Positions 47,447-56,200 of a DNA stretch of 64,000 nucleotides are shown here, piece after piece; within the stretch, counting starts at the first letter, position 1, and every line of letters begins with the position of its first letter. This DNA comes from Verrucomicrobiota bacterium (GTDB taxonomy: Bacteria > Verrucomicrobiota > Verrucomicrobiia > Limisphaerales > SXQI01): NCBI GenBank assembly GCA_033762115.1, contig JANRLX010000021.1, forward strand, positions 66,855 through 130,854, in the 5' to 3' direction. The notes under the pieces are model-generated. The model searched no databases. It had not been told where the DNA came from and saw nothing but the letters and a program-made list of their open reading frames with translations. A program made the translations under genes and the position numbers.

Positions 47447-48249
47447 TTCTTCTCCGGAAATATGGGTGCCGTAGTATTCAGTTGGAATGTTCTGCGATAA
47501 TTGCCAAAGGCTTCGCGCATTTCGGCCTGCTGTTCTTCTCGCTGTGCCTTGGCCTGTTTTTCAATGTCATTCCGATTCTCAATATCCTGGACAAGACTCG
47601 TGGCGAGGGCCTGGTCGAGTTCCTTGTCGGTGGCGCCGAGCGCGGAATTCAACCCAACGAGGACGCCGCTGAGCTTTTGCACCTCCGAAGCGGTCTGAGC
47701 GGACTGCAATCTTTCCGTGGTGGCGGCGATTTCATCTTTGAGCGCTTTTCGCCGGAGCAACACATCGGCGGTGACGTTGGTGTAATTGGCCGTGGTTCGA
47801 TTCACGGCCTCGAAGGGTTTGTATTGTTCGACAGTCCGCTCGATTTCATGGCCTGCCGGTGTGGTGAAGGTTTTGCCAATCTGCTGATAAAGTCCGTTGG
47901 CGTCATACGTCAGTGCTTCCACGCCATCGGCTATGCGTTGAAGGTCCGTGATGGTTTTGCCAACGGTGGTCTGCCGTAAGTCGCGAACCAGACCGTTTAC
48001 GCCGGTGACGTTCAGAATTCGCGAGGGATCGCCAAAGGCTTTGTTGTACTGCTGCAATTCCTGAAGCTGCGCCGTCAACTGCTGGATTTGCTGAACCTGA
48101 TTGTTCACCATCTCCACGTACTTGGCGATGTCCTGCGCTTGATCCATGATCTGTTGCGCGTGAACAGTTGGGTCGTAAACCACCCACTGGGCTTTAACGC
48201 TGCTTCCCCACAGGAATGGAAGAACGACTAAAAGTTGTTTTGCTTTCAT
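47443..48249 (-). CDS. VirB5/TrbJ-like protein
   Basis: Signal peptide, AQWVVYDP, Gln-rich NQVQQIQQL coiled coil. Confidence 0.85.
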   Translation of the reverse strand: MKAKQLLVVLPFLWGSSVKAQWVVYDPTVHAQQIMDQAQDIAKYVEMVNNQVQQIQQLTAQLQELQQYNKAFGDPSRILNVTGVNGLVRDLRQTTVGKTITDLQRIADGVEALTYDANGLYQQIGKTFTTPAGHEIERTVEQYKPFEAVNRTTANYTNVTADVLLRRKALKDEIAATTERLQSAQTASEVQKLSGVLVGLNSALGATDKELDQALATSLVQDIENRNDIEKQAKAQREEQQAEMREAFGNYRRTFQLNTTAPIFPEKK

Positions 48250-48256
48250 ACGCCGG

Positions 48257-48667
48257 TCACTCCTCGATTCGCAAATATTTGGTTGTCGGTTTCATCGTCA
48301 CACCGTCGATGGTCTGCTCAGGGATCGGGATTTGATAAAGACGGACATTGGCCGAAGAGCCACTTGTCGGCTTCTGCTGGTTGACCAGAATCCAGTACTG
48401 TTGTTTAACGGCATCGCTGCGTCCCTTTTCGTAGCCGTTGACAAATGCCTTCTCCGTCTGCTTTTTTGCGGCGTAATGCAGTCCTTCGCTGAGAACGACG
48501 CCTCCAGCGGCCCCGGCTGCGGTGATGAGTGGGTCGCCGTCAGAAAGCTCATTGGCCAGTGCTGCGCCGCCCGCCCCCATCGCCACGGCGCTAATGGGGC
48601 GAGTGGTCGTGCACCCAACCGAGATGAATGCGATACAAATTGAAAGGATAAACATTTTCATTTTCAT
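48257..48667 (-). CDS. Glycine-zipper lipoprotein of the transfer region
   Basis: Lipobox SVGC; GAGGAALA...AAGAAGG. Confidence 0.75.
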   Translation of the reverse strand: MKMKMFILSICIAFISVGCTTTRPISAVAMGAGGAALANELSDGDPLITAAGAAGGVVLSEGLHYAAKKQTEKAFVNGYEKGRSDAVKQQYWILVNQQKPTSGSSANVRLYQIPIPEQTIDGVTMKPTTKYLRIEE

Positions 48668-51393
48668 ACTGTTTCCAATTGTTCTGAACGATGAGCGTGG
48701 GCCACGATTCCCTCCACCACGTCATTTGCGCCACGGAGGTCTTTGGCGCGTTGCTCGAAATGCTCCCCGCTTGAACTGGAGCAGTAGAGCATTTCGTCGG
48801 AAGCGATGTTGTGGATGGTCCCGCAGAGCGGTCGGTTGGAATCCACATGGACATAGGTGAATGCGCCGAATTTCTGCCCGGCCTGATGATCGGGCAGCGG
48901 ATAGCTCATAATGGTGTGTTTGGTAATGTCCGGCAGGGCAATGTCCTGGGAAATATCGTCGAGGTCGGCGCGATCATTCTGCCGCATAAGAAAGAACTGC
49001 CGGCTGTTGCCGAAGACAGCGGAACGGATGCGTGACTGTTTGAACCGCGCGTACTGCTGAACGATGGAAATGTTCCAGCAATTGAATTTGCGAAGCTGTG
49101 CGTAGCTCTCTTTGACGATTTCCTCCCCGCCCGGAATATCAAGAAATCGAGCCACCTCCTCATAAACATTCCGTTTCCGTAGGGCTCGCGGCAAAGTAAT
49201 GATGTGTTTTCGGGCGTAGTTGGTGATTAGAAATCCTGCGGCCGCACGAAGCTCCTTGGCGGAATCGGGAATGTAGCCAAGCTCAAAGTGAGCAATTTTT
49301 CCCGTCAATGAGAGATTGCTTGCGCCATCGAACAACGCGCCGTAATTGCCATCCCGGCACCAAGGCATAAGCAACGTGGCAATTTCAAGAATTTGATCAC
49401 GCTCGGCGCCGCTGGCATCCAGATACATTAATTCCTGAAGCATCTGATGCGTGGGATATTGATCGGGAGTGAAGAACGCAAAGGCGAGATTGCGAACCTC
49501 CTTCGCCGTAATCGGGTCTTTTAAGAATTTGAGAACCTCAGCTTCGGCGGGCGTTTGTTCATAAACGGCTGCTTCGCCCTCGTGGGTTTTGTGCCAGTCC
49601 CGAAAATCGCTGAATGCTTCCAGAGTGGTCGCGCCGGGCGGCATTTTCTCTTTGCGGTATCGGTGCAAGGCCAAAGCGCGGCGGGCGATTGACAGAATCC
49701 GCGCATCATTCTTGCGAGACCAATCCTGAAAGGTGTCCTCGTAAAGCTGGTTTAGATATTTGGCGATCTGCGCCTGGCGTAACATCTGTTTGTCCTCGTG
49801 CTGGCTGACGCCGACCATTCGCGCCGCCAAGGCCGTGGCCGACGCGAGATGATCCGGGGTCAGAGGAAGCCCCTTGGTGTCGAGATAATTGATGGTGATG
49901 TCGCCGTCCGGTTGAATAACGATGGGCTTTGCATTCGGTTCCACCGTTTGCGTGTAGATTCCGTACGAAAGTCCTTCTTCAATGATGACCGTATAGGCGA
50001 AATAATTTTCCGTCTGCGAAAGCAGGTCGCAAACGGCCACCGATTTTCCCGCGCCGCTCATGCCCAGCAGAACGGCGTGTTGAGGTGAAAGATTCCCACT
50101 GGCGCCTGAAAACGTTTTAATCCCGACCAAATTTTGTGCGGGGCCTTCATAGATGGCTTCTGCGCTGTCAAGATGGCCGGTGAACGTCGCGACGACAGGA
50201 AGCATGTCGGCCACATAGCGGTTTTCGCCGTAAAGTTTTCGCGCCTCATAGCCGCCCCAAGTCCAGCCTGGCCACGTTTCGAAAAAAAGCTTCTTCGATG
50301 TGCTGGGCAAAGCGCTTTCGGAATACTGAGCGCTGTTCATCGAATTGATGGCGTTTTTGATAGCCGTGATTTTGGCAATCAATCCTTCATTCGATTTGTC
50401 CCAAACACGGATGGCGTACAACACATTGAATGGAAAGGTGTGGCCCTGCATCAGAGCGGAAATCTTTCGCTGCTTCTTCTCCATGACGGTCAGGAGCGAA
50501 AGTTTCTTCTCACTGGCATAATCTCCCGCGATCCGTTCGTGTTCCTTTTCTTCCTTCGAAATCTCCTTTCGCACGGGCAAGGGATCGATGTTTACCGTGA
50601 TGGTGTAATCAAGTAGGCGAAGATTCGTGAGGCGATGGACGATGCCGGGATACGTCACTTTCGGCCAACGCGAGAGAACAAGCATTGAGTGATAATGCCC
50701 GTCCATGAAAAATCCAAAGTCTCGCTGTCCGTTCGCTTCGCAATGCCAGCAATTTTCCTGAATAGAAAGTTCGGGGTCAAAGCCTTCAACGGGATCGTAA
50801 TCGAAACGTTCCGCCAACGACGGATTTAGGAATGTTTTGTAATGCCGAAAATGATCCGCATCCGTCATCGGCTTAATCCGCGCACCCTGGCCGGAGAAGA
50901 TATTGGAAAGCAGCTCATGAACATGTTCGTATTCGCCGCGCACCTGTTCCAAAAGTTGAGTGTAGAATTCTTCCAAGGCGGCTTTGGATTTGATGCCTTT
51001 GGTTGAACCCTCGATTTTTCGCGTGATGTAAAGAGCAAGACGTTGGCGGCGCAATCGGCGTTCTGTCATTGCCAGCCAATAGCGCTCGAAGCGTTCGTTA
51101 CGTGTACGCCGTGTCCAGGCGTTCGCCGCTTTTTTGGTTTCCTCCCGATAACGAAGAAGTTCGGGTCGATAATCGGAATCGCAATAAAACTGGATTTGGA
51201 GCCGCTGTTGTTCACCAAGGGAGGCGAGCAAAATGCAAAGCTGGTCTTGAAACTCGTGCAGCTCGCTGACCTGCGCGTTTGTTAAATCAGGGGGCTCCAG
51301 ATGAAACCCTTTCGCGACGAAACCGCCTTCATCCAGTCCGTTGAAGACGATCAGGTCATTTACGAAATGGCCGTTGGGAGCTTTCTGGAACAT
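48664..51393 (-). CDS. virB4: VirB4/TrbE-family ATPase
   Basis: Walker A GMSGAGKS, Walker B-like VYEEVARF, QLRKFNC...IVQQ; follows the pilin and VirB3-like genes. Confidence 0.9.
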   Translation of the reverse strand: MFQKAPNGHFVNDLIVFNGLDEGGFVAKGFHLEPPDLTNAQVSELHEFQDQLCILLASLGEQQRLQIQFYCDSDYRPELLRYREETKKAANAWTRRTRNERFERYWLAMTERRLRRQRLALYITRKIEGSTKGIKSKAALEEFYTQLLEQVRGEYEHVHELLSNIFSGQGARIKPMTDADHFRHYKTFLNPSLAERFDYDPVEGFDPELSIQENCWHCEANGQRDFGFFMDGHYHSMLVLSRWPKVTYPGIVHRLTNLRLLDYTITVNIDPLPVRKEISKEEKEHERIAGDYASEKKLSLLTVMEKKQRKISALMQGHTFPFNVLYAIRVWDKSNEGLIAKITAIKNAINSMNSAQYSESALPSTSKKLFFETWPGWTWGGYEARKLYGENRYVADMLPVVATFTGHLDSAEAIYEGPAQNLVGIKTFSGASGNLSPQHAVLLGMSGAGKSVAVCDLLSQTENYFAYTVIIEEGLSYGIYTQTVEPNAKPIVIQPDGDITINYLDTKGLPLTPDHLASATALAARMVGVSQHEDKQMLRQAQIAKYLNQLYEDTFQDWSRKNDARILSIARRALALHRYRKEKMPPGATTLEAFSDFRDWHKTHEGEAAVYEQTPAEAEVLKFLKDPITAKEVRNLAFAFFTPDQYPTHQMLQELMYLDASGAERDQILEIATLLMPWCRDGNYGALFDGASNLSLTGKIAHFELGYIPDSAKELRAAAGFLITNYARKHIITLPRALRKRNVYEEVARFLDIPGGEEIVKESYAQLRKFNCWNISIVQQYARFKQSRIRSAVFGNSRQFFLMRQNDRADLDDISQDIALPDITKHTIMSYPLPDHQAGQKFGAFTYVHVDSNRPLCGTIHNIASDEMLYCSSSSGEHFEQRAKDLRGANDVVEGIVAHAHRSEQLETV

Positions 51394-51724
51394 AATGCAA
51401 AGGGTGTTTGAGCCGGTTCGCCGCATCAGGAGCGAAACCCCGCCCGTTCAACCAAAGGTCAAAACAATCCACATCGTAACCCGGAGGTTTTCCCTGCCGG
51501 AACGCGAAGACATAAAAGACGCAAAGCGTCAGCGGCAAAGCCGCTAAAAACGATGAAAGCAGGAAACTCATCTTCAGGGCGCTGAAGCAGGCCAGAAGAA
51601 TGACGACGAAGGCAAATGCGCCACCAGCAATGAACCAGAACAAGTTTCCGTCGAGACCCCAGGTCCTGCCTTGGGAATCGTCGGCGCTGTTCGTCTCGGT
51701 AAATCTGATTTGATCCGGGTTCAT
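51356..51724 (-). CDS. VirB3/PrgI-like two-TM protein
   Basis: Two TM helices and GKPPGY; sits between pilin and VirB4. Confidence 0.7.
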   Translation of the reverse strand: MNPDQIRFTETNSADDSQGRTWGLDGNLFWFIAGGAFAFVVILLACFSALKMSFLLSSFLAALPLTLCVFYVFAFRQGKPPGYDVDCFDLWLNGRGFAPDAANRLKHPLHYVPESSQRPFRK

Positions 51725-52014
51725 TGAAAGTCTCCCACATCGACCGTCGAGCTTTCGATTCCAAAGGCCGTGAACAGAGCGCGAACGATCACTGGCGCCC
51801 CGGCGATAATCAATCCGCCGATAATGGAAAGTTTCCCGGCGTCGGTGTCGCCGCGGCGAATGGCGAATCCACCGCCAACCACGCAAATAGTTCCGAAAAT
51901 AAAACCAATGAGCATGACAATGCCCATTGCCCTGCTGGCTCCTTCGGCGAGCCCGCCGGCCTGCGCAAAGATGGGAGAGAATCCGATTGATTTCGTAAGC
52001 AACATCGTTTTCAT
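51721..52014 (-). CDS. VirB2/TrbC-like pilin
   Basis: FAQ processing site, two Gly-rich hydrophobic helices, first gene of the operon. Confidence 0.8.
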   Translation of the reverse strand: MKTMLLTKSIGFSPIFAQAGGLAEGASRAMGIVMLIGFIFGTICVVGGGFAIRRGDTDAGKLSIIGGLIIAGAPVIVRALFTAFGIESSTVDVGDFQ

Positions 52015-52096
52015 GCGCTTACGTTAGCGTCGATTTGCTTTAATGCTGTGCCGTGGGCGGCACAACTTTTTGGAAAACTTCTGTTTTATTGTCGGG

Positions 52097-53029
52097 ATGA
52101 CAACTTCACGAATCGAATCAGCGAACCATGCGCCAGGCGTGGAAGAAAAATTAAAGAATCTCGAATCGCATTTGTGCCAACGGATTCGCGGTCAAGCGAC
52201 AGTCATTCCACGGGTTGTTTCGATCCTGCAACGCGGTGAGCTTGGCCTGACAAAACAGACTCGTCCCAAAGGGAGCTTCCTGTTTCTCGGCCCCACGGGT
52301 GTGGGGAAAACAGAGACGGCATTGGTCTTCACAGAATTCCTTTTTGGCCGAGAGAAATTGTTCCGGTTCGATATGTCGGAATATCAAACGCCGGATACAC
52401 TCGGCGTTCTCCTTGGCGGTAAACTCGGCGAGCGGGGAACGCTGGGACTGGCTTATGACCAAGCTGGATTCGGAACGCTGCTCCTTGACGAAATTGAAAA
52501 GGCCCACCCGCGAGTCCTTGACATTCTATTGCAAATTCTCGATGCGGCCCGCGTGACGCTGGCCAGTGGTGAGACTCTTGATTTATCCGCATTTTATATC
52601 GTTCTGACATCGAACATCGGCGCGGCTGACATCATGCACATGCAGCATTCCAATCACGCGACAATGGAACGGCATGTTTTGACCCGTGCCCAGCAATCAT
52701 TGCGTCCGGAATTGTTCGCGCGTATTTCCGAGAAACTCGTGTTCAATCGCTTGAAGTACGAAGATCAACTGGAAATCGCAAATCTCTTGCTCGCGGACGA
52801 ATTAGCGTTCCTGCAAACCAAAGGCTACTCACTCACGCAGGACGTCTCGGTTTTGCCATTCGTTGTGCAACGCGGTTTTCATCCAAAGCTCGGAGCAAGA
52901 CCGATGCGCGACGCGGTAGAGAAATTCATCGGCGAAGCTATTGCCAACGACATTCTTTGTAATGGCACCGGAAATGGGACGATCACTGTAGGTCCAGCCG
53001 TGAACTGTTTGACAATATGTAAGCGGTGA
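52097..53029 (+). CDS. Stand-alone ClpB NBD2-like AAA+ ATPase
   Basis: GPTGVGKTE, RFDMSEY, LLDEIEKAHP, TSNIG, RPELFARI and GARPMR motifs; no N-domain or NBD1. Confidence 0.9.
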   Translation: MTTSRIESANHAPGVEEKLKNLESHLCQRIRGQATVIPRVVSILQRGELGLTKQTRPKGSFLFLGPTGVGKTETALVFTEFLFGREKLFRFDMSEYQTPDTLGVLLGGKLGERGTLGLAYDQAGFGTLLLDEIEKAHPRVLDILLQILDAARVTLASGETLDLSAFYIVLTSNIGAADIMHMQHSNHATMERHVLTRAQQSLRPELFARISEKLVFNRLKYEDQLEIANLLLADELAFLQTKGYSLTQDVSVLPFVVQRGFHPKLGARPMRDAVEKFIGEAIANDILCNGTGNGTITVGPAVNCLTICKR

Positions 53030-53250
53030 AAGAGGACACTGTTGGTTGCGATTTCGGTTATCGTGATGTTCGCCCTAGGTGAATTACCCGTTCAAGGATT
53101 TCAGTTCCAGGAGGATTTTCTTCGATGCCAATTTGAATCTGTTGATGGGGCCGTAACCTACGGCTGTCCAATTTCGCAATCACCGCGTTGCAGGATGAAA
53201 GCGCAAAAAAGTGCGTGAACCTGCGCTGAAAATGGTCTATTCTTCCCGCT

Positions 53251-56200
53251 GTGTCGCTAAAAGGCTTAATAAAGTTTTTGGTCGTTGCCCTTATCCTTTT
53301 TGCCACTTGTTTGGCTGTCCACAGCGCCGAGCAAGAACAGGAAGGGGCGGTTCTCGGCTGGGGGGATAATCACTATGGCCAGGCAAATGTTCCGGCTGGA
53401 TTGCATCAAGTTGTCTCGGTCGCGGCAGGAAACGGCCATGCGGTGGCGGCATTGGCGGACGGCACCGTGCGAACTTGGGGCGGGCAAAGGGGTCAGCCTA
53501 GTAAATTTCCCCCTGGGCTGACTAACGTGGCAAAGGTGGCGGCTGGCGCGGATTACACCGTTTTCCTGCTGCGCGATGGCACCGTATTATCGTATGGCCT
53601 TTTTGCGTCGGGAGAATATTTCAGGAATACAAGCGATGCGGTTGCGATTTCGGCTGGGTTCCAACATTTCGTCGCACTAAAAGCAGACGGGCATGTGTTG
53701 AGTTTCGGAGGCTATGCCCGCTACGATAAACCTATGCCGTCTGGCGGAGTGGCGGATGCGGTGGGGATTGCAGCGGGAACATATCATACGTTGGCCGTGC
53801 GGAGAGATGGGACTGTTGTTGGATGGGGCAGGAACGATTTCGGGCAGTGCGACCCGCCATCAGGCTTAGGCGACGTAGCGGCGGTTGCAGCCGGAAATTA
53901 CCACTCCATCGCGTTGAAGCACAATGGGACGGTGATTTCATGGGGCGCAAATACTGCGTTTGGTGAGACGCTGAATCAAGGAACAACGCCGGCAGGATTG
54001 GCGAATGTGGTGGCGGTCGCCGCAGGCGCTAATCACAATTTGGCGTTAAAGAATGATGGATCCATTGTCACGTGGGGAGCGCCAATGACTGTGCCGGAGC
54101 GATTATCCGGGGCGGTGGCAGTCGCTTCCGGCTCTGCGAGCGGCACGAGCTTTGCGATCACACCAAAGCCAGTCGTCGTAGCTGAACCGCGTGATTTAAT
54201 TCTTACCGAAGGCGCCATAGCCGAACTGCGATTTGAGGTAAACGCAAAACCACCTTTTCAGTTCGAGTGGACATTCAACGGACAACGGCTGGAAGGCAGG
54301 ACCGAATCAATGATCGCCTTTAACCCGGTGCGTTTCGAAAACCGAGGCCTTTATCAGGCAGTTGCGAGCAACAGCCACGGAAGCGTTACCAGTCGTGTCG
54401 CACAAGTCACCGTGTCCCGCGTGCCAGAAGTCGTCATTCAACCGGTTCCGCAAGTAGTCCTCACGGGGACAGGATTTATGCTGCGCGCCTCGGCAATTGG
54501 GGCAAGTCCGCTGAGGTATCAATGGACGAGGGCGGGAGCGCCGGTGCCAGGTGCGACCGGACCTGAATTGCGGATTGATAGAAGCTCGGAATCCGACGGT
54601 GGCGAGTATGCCGTTATTGCCAGCAATGCGTTTGGCGAAACGACAAGCAGTCCGGCCAATGTGCAAGTCGTGTCGTCCGGGCCTGTGGTAAAGTGGGGCT
54701 GGCCACGCCTGCCGAATGGTTTGCGAAATTTGGTCGCTGTCGATGGAAATTTGGGCCTCCGGGCAGACGGTCGGGTGATGTATTGGGATTGGAGCAATGG
54801 AAATACAACGGAAATCGAGGGATTAACAAACATCATTCAAATCGCAGCGGGCGACGGATTTTGGCTGGCCTTAAGAGAGGATGGGGTGACGCTCGCCTGG
54901 AATTTTTTTAACTTACGTCCGGAGCCACTCGCAGGCTTCACGAATGTGATTTCAATCGCAACGGGAGATGGAGCTTTGGCGGCCCGCCAGGATGGAACTG
55001 TTGTCTCTGCTGGAGGCTCGATTCAGACGCCCATTGGTTTGAGTGGAGTCAAATCCGTTACGGCTGAATTCAGGCATCGACTGGCATTGAAGAACGACGG
55101 AACGGTCGTCGGTTGGGGACAAAACACGTTCGGGCAAATAAGTATACCAGCGGGCTTATCTGGGGTTCGGGAGATTGCTACTGGCCCGTATCATACGCTC
55201 GCCCTTTTGACCGACGGGACTGTGCGCGCCTGGGGGATGAATAATTTTGGACAATGCGATCCGCCATCAGGTTTGCGGGATGTAATCGCCATTGCGGCGG
55301 GATCGCATCATAGCCTTGCCCTGACTTCAAACGGCGAGCTGGTTGCGTGGGGAAACCCAGATGCTGGCGCTACGAGCATTCCGGCAGGGCTGAGGGGTAT
55401 TCGTTCGATAGCAGCGCAAGGAAATGCGAACATCGTCATTCTTGACTGGCCGGTCTTTTTAGAGGAACCAAAAGGATTCGAATTGCTCGAAGGCGGTAGC
55501 GCGATTTTGCGGACGCGGGTGGCAAGCGTAGCGCCGCACACGCTACAATGGCAATTAAACGGCGTGGATATTCTGGGGGAAACGGCGGAAACGTTGCAGA
55601 TTATTTCCGCTCGTCGCGGCAATGCGGGCAATTACCGAGTGGTGGCGCGAACGGAGTCCGGCGCGACAACCAGCCAACCGGCGTTCCTTAATGTCCTGAC
55701 AGCTCCACTGATTGAGTCAATTCCGACTCGCATTGATGTCGCCAATGGAGCCACCGCAAAGATTGTCGCTCAGGTTTACGGAGCGGCGCCAATAACCTTT
55801 CGCTGGTTCTTCGGTGAAGCACTGATTGCGACAACCACCGTTTCGGAAATGACCCTTTCGAATGTGAACTTATCGATGTCGGGCCTGTACAGCTTCACCG
55901 CGAGCAATTATCTTGGAGTAGCGAGAAGTTCATTCATTGATTTGGCGGTTCATTTCCCACCGGCAATTGTGCGACAGCCAAATAACCTCAAAGTCGCGTC
56001 GGGAGAAACCGCTATCTTTGATGTCAGCGCCATGGGAGAGGGAACGCTAAGCTACCAGTGGCATTTCAATGACGCCCCGATCGCTGGAGAAACCGACCCG
56101 ACATTGGAAGTTATGCTGGTCCAGCCACGAAACGAAGGAAGCTATTTTGTCGCGGTGGCAAATGAGTGGGGGCGTGTTGAGAGCAGGCGAGTGACGCTGA

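Larger units (their letters stand above)
25676..53029. mobile_element. Conjugative element core (MOBF relaxase plus VirB-like T4SS); boundaries not determined
   Basis: Relaxase, VirB2/3/4/5/6/8/9/10-like genes, Xis, RadC and methylase-helicase present. No integrase or att site seen. Confidence 0.85.

Noticed and set aside
52097..53029. Housekeeping clpB or a clpB pseudogene
   Set aside because: No NBD1 remnant upstream (the pilin gene lies there) and the catalytic motifs are intact, so it is treated as a stand-alone ATPase.
53340..55440. Repeated DNA motifs suggesting a CRISPR or tandem array
   Set aside because: They are degenerate RCC1 protein repeats inside a CDS.
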